A stretch of DNA of 64,000 nt from Nannocystis pusilla (GTDB lineage Bacteria; Myxococcota_A; Polyangia; Nannocystales; Nannocystaceae). Shown here one piece after another: positions 18,042-26,385 of the stretch (the stretch's first letter is position 1; each line of letters starts with the position of its first letter). The notes under the pieces are model-generated. The model was given only the letters and a program-made list of their open reading frames with translations, had not been told where the DNA came from and made no database searches. The DNA lies in NCBI RefSeq assembly GCF_051105105.1, contig NZ_CP185339.1; one strand, written 5' to 3'. The translations under genes were made by a program, and so were the position numbers.

Positions 18042-20645
18042 TCAGAAGTCGATGTTGTCTTCGACGCGCAGGTCGACCGTGTTCTGCCAGCGCGGCAGCG
18101 AACCGCTGTACATCAGGGCGTACGCGGCCTGCACCTCGAGCACGCGGCGGGTGTAGTTGGCCGTCTCACGGAACGGGATCTCGGCGATGAAGACGTTGAG
18201 CTCGAGCGGGGCCGAGCTCGAGCCCTTGGCCGCCAGCCAGCGGGCGACGTTGAAGGGGCCGCCGTTGTAGCTCGCGTAGGCCAGCGCGGCCTGGCCGTGG
18301 AACTTGTGCAGCAGCTCGGCGAAGTAATAGGCCGACAGGCGCACGTTGTGCTCCTCGTCGAACAGCGCGTCGACGTCGAACGACTCGCCCAGGCGCGCCG
18401 CCAGCTGCTGGCCGGTCCACGGCATGATCTGGATGGCCCCGCGCGCGCCCGACGACGACACCACGTGCCGGCGGAACCGCGACTCGGTGTACATCAAGGC
18501 CCACAGGTGCGTCGGGTCGAAGGCGCGGGCCGTGGCCTCGCGCTCGACCGCCTCGCGGAACGCCCGCGGATGCCAGCGCGCCTTGTACGAGCCGGCCGTG
18601 GCCGGCATCAGGCGGCTGCGGCGGTACGGCTCGTCGAGCGCCCACGTCAGCGCGAACAGCCCCTCGCGCAGCGTCTCGCCGGCCCCGCGCTCGCGCACCA
18701 GCTTGCGCGCGTCCTTCGGCAGGCCGAGGCGCGGCTGCTTCCACGTCGACTTCCAGCTCAGCCCCACGACCAGGTCCTCGTGGCGCGGGACCCAGCCGCC
18801 GCGATCGAGCCCGTAGAGGCCCTCGTAGGCGTCGACCGCGACCCGCAGCTCGCGGCGCGCCTCGTCGAGCAGGCCGGCGGCGTGGAGCGCCGCGCCGCGG
18901 GCCAGCGCGGGGAAGGCCCAGCCGAACTCGCCGGCCAGCGCCTCGAAGGTCGCGCGCGTGGCCCCGAAGTCGGGCGGCGGGTTCGTCTCCGCCGGCACCG
19001 GGGCGAGCGCCGGCAGCGGCCCGGGCTCGGCGCCGATGTCGAGCAGCCGCTGGCGCGCCTGCAGGCCGTAGTAGCCGAGCGGATCCTCGGCCACGAGCTG
19101 GCGCAGCAGGCGCTCGGCCTCGCCGCGATCGGGGGTCTGCTCCTCGCCCGCGTCGCCCGTCGTCTTCGCGCCGGTGCCGGCGGCCAGCAGCGCCCGGGCG
19201 CGGAAGTAGCGGGCGGCGCGGGCCTGGTCGGCCGGCAGGCGGCGCTCCGCGCTGGCGAACGCGGTCGCGGCGGCGTCGAAGTCGCCGAGGCGGAAGTCGA
19301 GCCAGGCGTCGAGCCACAGCCCCTCTCCGCGCTGGCGCTCCTTCGCCGGCGTGCGCCCGAGCAGCTCGCGCGCCTTCTCGTAGCGGCCGCCGCGGACCGC
19401 CTGGCGGATCGCCTCCCACAGCGCCGCGCGCCCCGCCCCGCCCTTGCGACCGGCCTGCTCGGTCCAGATCGCCAGCGCCTCGTCGTAGCGCCCGGCCTTG
19501 TCGAGGCAGCGCAGCAGGTCGCCGCGGAGGTCGGCCGAGGCTGACTTTTTGTACAGGACCGAAAGGTCATCCGCGCACGCGCCGTAGTCGTGGGCGCGCG
19601 AGGCGGTCGACGCCCGCGAGCGCAACGCGACCTCTCGGACATGTCCCGGAGTTTTGGAATCTTCGACCAGGTCCGTCAGGACCTGGCGCGACAGCGTCAT
19701 GTCGCGCGAGCGGCGGGCCGCGGCCGCGCGGTCGAGCTGCTCGGCCGCGCTGTAGCGGATCGGGCGCCCGAGCTCCGCCAGCGCCGCCTCGGCGCCGACG
19801 GCCGCCTCCGTGCCGGCGCGCCAGATCGCCACGGTCCGCAGCGCCTTGACCGCGTCGGCGGTCTTGCCCTCGCGCGCGATCGCCTGCGCCCGCAGCAGCT
19901 CGAGGCCGGCGGCGTCGGGGTGCTCGGGGTAGTCGCGCAGCACCTCGGTCAGCGCCTTGACTGCCCGGCGCGCCGCCGCCGGGCCCTCGATCGCCGCCAT
20001 GGTCCGCGCCCGCGCGACTCGCATCGGCGCCGCGTTGCGCACCGGCTCGTGGTCGATCGCCCGCTCCCACGCCGCCACCGCCTGCTTGCGCAGCGCGTCG
20101 GCCTCGGCGCCCGGGGCCGACGCCGCCGCCTCGACCAGCGCCTGGGCGTACTCGTGAAGCACCACCTCGTGCGGCCACGACTTGGCCGGCCGACGCTCCG
20201 CCGCCAGCTCGGCCAGCGCCTGGACCGCTTCGGCCGGGCGCCCGAGCTCGCGGGCGGCGCGGGCCTTCGTCAGGCGCTGCACGGAGGCTTGCAGCGAACC
20301 GGCGGGCGCGGGCTCGTGAGCCAGGCGCGCGAGCGCGGCCTCGGGTTCGCCGCGCGCCAGCAAGGCCGCCGCGGAGACCTCCGCAGGCGCCTGGGGCGGC
20401 AGGGCGGCTGCCGGTGGGGCCTGGGTCCCTGCGGTCGGCGGTCGGGCGCTGAGGGGGATCTGATTGACACCCCGATGCACGCGCTCGGCTTCGGGAGTGA
20501 GCGCCGCGGGGCGACAGGCGAGCAGCAGCGCCGTGGTCGCCATGCACAGCGTCAGGGCAGACATCCGCTTCGGGTGGCTCGCCGGCGCCATGGTCCCCCT
20601 CAAACTAGCACGTCCCCCGGGACGCGCCGAGAAACCGGTCCCCAC
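18042..20645 (-). CDS. soluble lytic murein transglycosylase (Slt family) with a superhelical TPR-like N-terminal domain
   Basis: C-terminal catalytic region YTESRFRRHVVSSSGARGAIQIMPWTG...ASYNGGPFNVARW. The true start is probably downstream (MSALTLCMATTALLLAC signal). Confidence 0.85.
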   Translation of the reverse strand: MGTGFSARPGGRASLRGTMAPASHPKRMSALTLCMATTALLLACRPAALTPEAERVHRGVNQIPLSARPPTAGTQAPPAAALPPQAPAEVSAAALLARGEPEAALARLAHEPAPAGSLQASVQRLTKARAARELGRPAEAVQALAELAAERRPAKSWPHEVVLHEYAQALVEAAASAPGAEADALRKQAVAAWERAIDHEPVRNAAPMRVARARTMAAIEGPAAARRAVKALTEVLRDYPEHPDAAGLELLRAQAIAREGKTADAVKALRTVAIWRAGTEAAVGAEAALAELGRPIRYSAAEQLDRAAAARRSRDMTLSRQVLTDLVEDSKTPGHVREVALRSRASTASRAHDYGACADDLSVLYKKSASADLRGDLLRCLDKAGRYDEALAIWTEQAGRKGGAGRAALWEAIRQAVRGGRYEKARELLGRTPAKERQRGEGLWLDAWLDFRLGDFDAAATAFASAERRLPADQARAARYFRARALLAAGTGAKTTGDAGEEQTPDRGEAERLLRQLVAEDPLGYYGLQARQRLLDIGAEPGPLPALAPVPAETNPPPDFGATRATFEALAGEFGWAFPALARGAALHAAGLLDEARRELRVAVDAYEGLYGLDRGGWVPRHEDLVVGLSWKSTWKQPRLGLPKDARKLVRERGAGETLREGLFALTWALDEPYRRSRLMPATAGSYKARWHPRAFREAVEREATARAFDPTHLWALMYTESRFRRHVVSSSGARGAIQIMPWTGQQLAARLGESFDVDALFDEEHNVRLSAYYFAELLHKFHGQAALAYASYNGGPFNVARWLAAKGSSSAPLELNVFIAEIPFRETANYTRRVLEVQAAYALMYSGSLPRWQNTVDLRVEDNIDF

Positions 20646-20769
20646 CCTGGCCCGCGAAGCGCCTGTCCCCAGAGACCGGTCCGGCCTCGGAGAGGCGCGA
20701 GGACGAAGCGTACAGCCGCAGCCGCAGCGGCCTCCCCGTTCGCGCCGGAGCGCCGCGATCGATCGCCTG

Positions 20770-21260
20770 GAGTCCTGAAGATGACGAGGGCGTCACCCGC
20801 GGCTCCCCGTTCGCGCCGGCGTCCCGCGGCCGATCGGTTTCGCGGCACGGAGCCGATCCCGGCCTCGTTTCGCGCCACCGCGAAACGACGGGCGAGCACC
20901 TCTGCGAAACGAGGCCGATCCCCAGGTCGCGGCGGTCTCCCCGTTCGCGCCGCCGGATACGCCCTGGCGATGCGAGGTCGATCCCGCGGTCGCGGCGGCC
21001 TCCCCGTCCGCGCTGTGTACACAAGGCCAGGCGCTCCCGCGAAACGAGGACGCCCCTCGGTCGCGGCGGCCTCCCCGTTCGCGCTGTGGACACGACTTCG
21101 AGCGCTCCCGCGAAACGAGGACGCCCCCTGCGGTCGCGGCCTCCGTTCGCGCCGCCGAGAGTACGACCGAGCGCTCCCGCGAGACGGTCGCGGCGGCGAC
21201 CCGTTCGCGCTCCGTAGATGCAGTCGCGCGAGCGGCGGCCTCTTCGCGCCGGCGTGAATC
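20770..21260. repeat. array of ~6-7 degenerate ~70-bp tandem repeats with internal inverted repeats
   Basis: Unit gcgaaacgaggacgcccc..gtcgcggcggcctccccgttcgcgc..gagcgctccc. The segments gcgaaacgagg and ccccgttcgcgc are near reverse complements. The ORFs called here are out-of-frame artefacts. Confidence 0.7.
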
Positions 21261-21593
21261 GCTCGCGCGACGGCCGGCGCGCGAACGTCGGCGCGATCGT
21301 GGCCCGCGTCGGGCCGAGCACCAGCGCCCCGCTCTGGCCGCGGGCCTGGGGCCATGCGGCACGCGGCGCGCGAACAAGTGACAGTAGAAGCGCGCGACAT
21401 GACCCTACAGACATGTCCGAAGGGCTCCCACGAAATCGCATCAGGTCGGCCCGCCCGCGATTCACCGTAGTGGACGTGGTTGCGGTCGAATTCGCGGCGT
21501 CGACGTGGGCTCGGGCGAAAATGTGGGCCGTCCGCGTGCGGACTAAAAATGCACCGAGCGATCATGTTGCGACCGCTGTGCTCGCTTTTTCGG

Positions 21594-21628
21594 TTTGACA
21601 AGCACCATCGGCACGGACAAGAATGGAA
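21594..21628 (+). promoter_or_regulatory. candidate sigma70-type promoter (TTGACA-N17-AAGAAT)
   Basis: ggtTTGACAagcaccatcggcacggacAAGAATgg sits at the 5' edge of a lower-GC block. Confidence 0.35.
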
Positions 21629-21629
21629 G

Positions 21630-21826
21630 CGTCGGTCGGTCCTCCTCTCTGCACCCCGGTGCACGGCTGCCGGCCGCGATTCAAGCCCGAGCATCTCGGT
21701 CTTGATAAGCCGGCAGTCTTCGGTCCTTCGCGGCTGAAGGGTGTACCGTGGTGAGAGGAGGCCCGATTGAATTCGAGGTGTGTTGTTGAGGCGTGAGCGG
21801 GCACGGATGAGGACCGTGCCCGCTTT
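21630..21826 (+). ncRNA. candidate structured small RNA (~195 nt), family unknown
   Basis: A GC-poorer island in a 71% GC genome. A 9-bp long-range pairing (cctcctctc near the 5' end, gagaggagg near the 3' end) closes several local hairpins. An intrinsic terminator follows immediately. There is no plausible ORF and no downstream + strand gene. Confidence 0.4.
21788..21826 (+). terminator. Rho-independent terminator
   Basis: gagcgggcacggatgaggaccgtgcccgc followed by ttttttc. Confidence 0.7.
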
Positions 21827-21951
21827 TTTCATGCACGCGGTGGTTGTGCCTACATCGTGACCCGCGGTCCTGACCGGCTGTCACGTGGAGACTGCACCCT
21901 GCCCCGATCGCGGCGACCTGCACGGGCACAGGCCGCCGCGGGCGGGCCCGC

Positions 21952-24132
21952 TCACGGGGCCTTGAGCGTCACCGTGTAGTCGCCCGCGCCGCTGGCCGAC
22001 ACGACCTGCCAGGTGTAGTAGCCCGCGGTGCCCTGATAGGTGATGGACTCGTTGTTGGTCGGGCCCTCCGACTTGGCGACCTTGGCCCAGGCGGAGCCGT
22101 TCCACTTGTAGAGGTAGAGATCGAAGTCGGCCCCGGCCGGGCCGGCGAGACAGCCGGTGTGCGCCCCGCTCTTGCTCGTGGAGTAGTACGAGCCGCCGGG
22201 CTGGAACTGATCCTCGCCGCTGGCGCTGAGGTTGCCCTTGAAGGGCGTGCCCGAACAGGTCTCCCCGTCGCCGCCGCCGTCGCCGTCGGGGCCGCCCGGC
22301 ACGCCCACCGCGGTCCACGCGGCGTGGACCGCCGCGGTCGCCTCGGCGCCGTAAAGCTCGGTGGCCGCCTGAGCCGTCGCGTCGCGAGCGTCCTGGAAGG
22401 TCGCGTTGGAGTTGAGGTAGTTCGTCAGCGCGCGGTAGAAGATCTGCGCCGCCTTGTCGATGCCGAGCGCCGGCACCACCGTGGTCGTCTTGTTGCGCGG
22501 GTGCTTGCCCCCCTGCGACAGCAGATAGAACGCCAGGTTGGCGATGCCCGAATTGATGTGGACGCCGCCGTTGTCCTGCTGGCCGGTGTAGCGCTCCGGG
22601 TAGTAATCGTAGGACTGCCCGTCCTGGGTCGGATTGGCCATGTAGCGCATCGCGTCATTGGCCTTACCCGGGGTCCAGCAGGTCTCGGCGAGCAGCCAGG
22701 TCTTGGTCGACACGCCGTTCTGGTAGGCGTCGACGGCCGCCGCCATGATGTCCGACATCGCCTCGTTGAGCGCGCCCGACTGGTTCTGGTAGACGAGGCT
22801 GGCCTCGTACTGCGTGACCGCGTGGGTCAGCTCGTGGGCGACCACGTCGAGGTCCTGGGCGAACGGGCTGGCGTAGTAGCCGTCGCCGTCGCCGTAGACC
22901 ATCTGCTGGCCGTTCCAGAACGCGTTGACGTAGTTCTTCGAGTAATGGACGGTCGAGTGGATGGTCGCGCCGGCGGCGTCGAAGCTGTCGCGGCCGAACT
23001 TGCTCAGGTAGAAGTCGTGCGTCACGCCCGAGAGGTCGTGGGCGGCCTGGGCCACCTTGTCGTCGGTCGCGCCGCCCTCGCTGACGGCCAGCTTGCCCGG
23101 CAGCTTGGTGCCGTTGTTGGCGTCGTAGACCTTGCGGTTCTTGACGTGGTGGATCTGCGGGTGGCGGGCCACCATCTCGCCGCTCAGCGCGTCCGCGAAC
23201 ACGATGTCGCGCTGCGGCCCCTCCTCGTCCTCGTACTCGACCACCGCCTGCCAGGCCAGCCGCGGGCCGGACTCGGTCACCACGTAGACGAGCTCGGGCG
23301 CGTCGACGCTGGCCCACTCGGCGGCGAGGCGGTCCGCCACCGCCTCGATCGCCTCGTCGGGATCGAGCGTCGGCGCCAGCGGCAGCGCCTCGGCCGGGAC
23401 GACGCGGCCGGTGACCGCCTGGACCTGCCCGCTGGCCGCGTCGGCGTGGACCGTCAGCTCGCCGCCGACCACCGGCAGGTCGTGGAGGTACTGCCGGAAG
23501 CGCACGTGGACCTTGCCGAGCGAGTCGGTGTGGTGGCGGACCGCCTCGAGGTCGGTCTCGTCGCCGAGGCGGAACACCGGCGCCATGTCGGCCAGCCAGC
23601 CGCGGGCGCTCTCCCGCACGTTGCCGCCGCCGGTCAGCGTCCCGAGGTCGCCGGCGATGAAGCGCGGCACGCCGGCCTCGTCGGCCTGCACCCGGTCGAC
23701 CCGCGGCAGGCGGCCGAGCGCCTGGCTCTGCGACCACACGAACGTCGCCGTCCCGCCCGCCGAGGTCGCGGCCTTGACCATCTCGCCGTCGAGCTCGAAC
23801 GCGAAGTCGGCGGCCGCTCCGGCGGTCTGCACGCCCCAGCGCGCGCCGTGGCGGACCAGCAGGTCTTGCACGAGCGCGGGCCGCTCGTCGCCGCTGCGCA
23901 CGGATACGCGGGTGAAGTCGATCGGCCCGTCGGTCAACGCGAAGCGCACTGCCCCTTCGGACAGGTCGAGCTCGAGGACCTCGCCTGGGCCGAGCGCCGC
24001 CACGTCGTCGGCGGTGACGATGCGAGACTCGGTTTCGACGGCGATTCCCCCCTCGTGGCAGGCGGACAGCAGACAGGCGGAGACGGCAGAGACGATGACG
24101 CGACGAGCGGACATGAGACCCCCTTGGGCCAT
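21952..24132 (-). CDS. secreted M4 (thermolysin-family) zinc metalloprotease with a propeptide and a C-terminal PPC domain
   Basis: VVAHELTHAVTQYEASLVYQNQSGALNEAMSDIMAA (HExxH plus E) and GGVHINSGIANLAFY. A signal peptide and FTP/PepSY propeptide are present. The C-terminal pre-peptidase domain reads DFDLYLYKWNGSAW. Confidence 0.9.
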   Translation of the reverse strand: MAQGGLMSARRVIVSAVSACLLSACHEGGIAVETESRIVTADDVAALGPGEVLELDLSEGAVRFALTDGPIDFTRVSVRSGDERPALVQDLLVRHGARWGVQTAGAAADFAFELDGEMVKAATSAGGTATFVWSQSQALGRLPRVDRVQADEAGVPRFIAGDLGTLTGGGNVRESARGWLADMAPVFRLGDETDLEAVRHHTDSLGKVHVRFRQYLHDLPVVGGELTVHADAASGQVQAVTGRVVPAEALPLAPTLDPDEAIEAVADRLAAEWASVDAPELVYVVTESGPRLAWQAVVEYEDEEGPQRDIVFADALSGEMVARHPQIHHVKNRKVYDANNGTKLPGKLAVSEGGATDDKVAQAAHDLSGVTHDFYLSKFGRDSFDAAGATIHSTVHYSKNYVNAFWNGQQMVYGDGDGYYASPFAQDLDVVAHELTHAVTQYEASLVYQNQSGALNEAMSDIMAAAVDAYQNGVSTKTWLLAETCWTPGKANDAMRYMANPTQDGQSYDYYPERYTGQQDNGGVHINSGIANLAFYLLSQGGKHPRNKTTTVVPALGIDKAAQIFYRALTNYLNSNATFQDARDATAQAATELYGAEATAAVHAAWTAVGVPGGPDGDGGGDGETCSGTPFKGNLSASGEDQFQPGGSYYSTSKSGAHTGCLAGPAGADFDLYLYKWNGSAWAKVAKSEGPTNNESITYQGTAGYYTWQVVSASGAGDYTVTLKAP

Positions 24133-24542
24133 CGGACAGGATCTAAAGACCCTGGCCGAACGGCCATGGTGAAAAGGACATTGCCGGAGAGGCAGCCTCA
24201 GGTCAGCTCACCTGAGACCGCACCACCATAATCGTCGCGTGCTGCGCAGCGCAACCATTCGCGCGCCCCCGGATCACGACTTTGTCCGGAGAGACGACGA
24301 GCACGGAACGGCCTCACGGACGCATCCCACGCGGATGGGGACGAAAGCCCAATTACAAATTTTCCGCGGTCTGGGCAGGTTTTGGAGCTAACTACGACGT
24401 TTACCCGATCGGCGTTCGTGGCGCCGACAAGAAAATTGTAGATCAAATTACATATTCTTACTCTATTGATTAGAGCGCACCTCACCGCAATGCATGATCA
24501 ACAAACCATGCTCACAGGTCTGAGCGCAGAGGAGATCTCCTC

Positions 24543-25925
24543 TTACCCGCCGGCGGCGGTGTTATCGCCAACGTCTCCAGCATTCGGCGCGCGCCGCGAC
24601 CACAACCAGTAGACAGGCACACCGGACAGCACGATGGCGCAGTCGACGACGAATTCCCGCGGCTGCGACAGCGCGTAGTTGCCGAGCAGGAACACGGAGG
24701 CGGCCAGGAACAGCAGCGGCACCCAGGGGTAGCCGAACGTCCGGTACGGCCGCGGCAGGTTGGGGCGCGTGCGCCGCAGGACGAACACTGCGGCCACGCT
24801 GAGCGCGTAGAACGGCCAGATCCCGATCACGAACTGCCCCGCCAGCTCGGCGAAGCTGCGCACCGAGACGAACACGATCCCCAGGGCGGCGCCGAGGACG
24901 ATGCTGGCCGAGGGTGTGCCGTGACGCGGGTGGACCTGGGCCAGCCGGCGGAAGAACAGCCGGTCCTCCGCCATCGCGTAGAACACCCGCGGCCCGGTCA
25001 TCATCGACCCGTTGAGGGTGCCGAAGGTGCTGATCATGACGGCCGCGGCCACCAGCGTGGTGCCGAGCGAGCCGATCAGTGCGGCGGCGACGTCGGCGGC
25101 GACCAGCGGGGCCCCGGCCATCTGCTCCAGCGGGATGACCCGCAGGTACACGAGGTTGGCCGCCAGGTAGAGCGCGACGACCGCAGCGGTCCCGAGGATG
25201 AACACCCGCGGGAGCGTGCGCTGCGGATCGCGGACCTCGCCGCTCACGAAGCCGACGTCGCACCAGCCGTCGTAGGCCCAGAGGATGGCGACCATCGCCA
25301 GGACGAACGCCCCGTCGGCCGCCGGCGCCGCGGCCGCGGGCACCGGCGCCGTCGCCTCCGGGGCCAGCAGGAGGCCGAGCGCGACCAGCCCGAGCAGCGC
25401 CGCGACCTTCAGCGCCGTGCTGACGTTCTGCACGATCGCCCCGAACTCGACGCCGCGGCGGTTGACCGCGGCGACCGTGGCGATCATCGCCACCGCCACC
25501 ACCTGAGCGCGCGTCAGCGGTCCGAGCGCCGGCGGCGTCCCGTCGACCCCGAAGGTGCGCAGCAGGTACTCGGCCGAGGTCACCGCGATCGCGCCGTACG
25601 CAGCCGGGCGCAGGATGAGCAGCTCGGCCCAGCCGAACAGGAAGGCCGGCAGTTTGCCGAACGCCTCGCGCAGATAGACGTAGATGCCGCCGCTGCGGGG
25701 ATAAAGGATGGCCAGCTCGGCGACGGTCAATGCGCCGGCCAGGGCGACCACGCCACCGGCCACCCACGCGAGGACGAACAGGGTCAGGTCGTCGATGTGG
25801 CCGGCGATCTCCGCCGGGGTCCGGAAGATGCCGCTGCCGATCGTCGACCCGACCAGCACCGCGACGGTGCTGGCGAGGCCGAGCTTGCGAGGCAACCGCT
25901 CGCCCCAGGGGTCAGGGGCCTGCAT
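24543..25925 (-). CDS. APC-family amino acid permease
   Basis: About 12 TM helices, with LVGSTIGSGIFRTPAEIAG. The start was taken at MQAPDPWGE. The upstream 51 codons of the ORF are Arg-rich and unlikely to be coding. Confidence 0.85.
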   Translation of the reverse strand: MQAPDPWGERLPRKLGLASTVAVLVGSTIGSGIFRTPAEIAGHIDDLTLFVLAWVAGGVVALAGALTVAELAILYPRSGGIYVYLREAFGKLPAFLFGWAELLILRPAAYGAIAVTSAEYLLRTFGVDGTPPALGPLTRAQVVAVAMIATVAAVNRRGVEFGAIVQNVSTALKVAALLGLVALGLLLAPEATAPVPAAAAPAADGAFVLAMVAILWAYDGWCDVGFVSGEVRDPQRTLPRVFILGTAAVVALYLAANLVYLRVIPLEQMAGAPLVAADVAAALIGSLGTTLVAAAVMISTFGTLNGSMMTGPRVFYAMAEDRLFFRRLAQVHPRHGTPSASIVLGAALGIVFVSVRSFAELAGQFVIGIWPFYALSVAAVFVLRRTRPNLPRPYRTFGYPWVPLLFLAASVFLLGNYALSQPREFVVDCAIVLSGVPVYWLWSRRAPNAGDVGDNTAAGG

Positions 25926-26239
25926 GGGCGACTGATAGCGCAGTTCGCCGCGGCGCAGAAGTTCCTCGCGGGGCCTCTGCGGGGGCGTGCAGGCGCGTTC
26001 GCGGGTTAGCTGGCATGGGGCACGTCGCGGGGCATGGCGACGGCGAGCTCGCGGGAGGCGGTCTTCGACGCTCGCCATCGTTCGGCGAGGCGTCGGCGTT
26101 GGCGGCCTCTCCGAGGGTCGCGCGCGTTCGCGCGGGCGTGAAAGTGTCTATCCGGACATGTCTCGGCACTCGTGATAGCTGCGCCGCCCTCTCGCGCCTG
26201 ACCCGCCGGCTTTGAGAGTGCGTCTATTGAATAAGAGAG

Positions 26240-26271
26240 CACCTGTTCGCCCCGGTTCGACGAACAGGTGT
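26240..26271 (-). terminator. terminator-like hairpin downstream of the FHA gene
   Basis: cacctgttcg...cgaacaggtg forms a 10-bp stem. On the minus strand it is followed by ctctcttattc. Confidence 0.35.
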
Positions 26272-26385
26272 CTCGGCTTCAATCGTGTGCGTCGGCCACA
26301 CCGCCGCGAGAAAGCGCCGAAGGCCCGGCGCGTGCCGGGCCTCCTGGCCTTCGAGTCAGGCTGTCCTTCGGGACAGCCTCGCCGA

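Noticed and set aside
20770-21260. CRISPR array interpretation of the tandem repeats (also considered for 905-1325, 14770-15110 and 60236-60540)
   Set aside because: Repeat copies are degenerate and the inter-repeat segments are themselves similar to one another. The spacing is irregular, and no cas genes or leader lie nearby. At 60236-60540 the units abut with no spacers at all.
21630-21826. Assignment of the sRNA candidate to 6S, tmRNA, SRP RNA, RNase P RNA or Pxr
   Set aside because: It lacks the tmRNA tag reading frame and tRNA-like ends, the RNase P GGAAAGUCCGG core and the SRP GGAA/AGCAG domain IV motif. It has no extended 6S-like single hairpin with a central bubble. I could not reliably recall the Pxr sequence. 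It is left as an unclassified candidate.
24340-24542. tRNA or other RNA gene in the AT-rich islands (24340-24542, 62440-62700)
   Set aside because: No GTTCRANYC T-loop motif, acceptor-stem complementarity or CCA-proximal structure was found. Both islands sit in divergent or upstream positions consistent with promoter regions.
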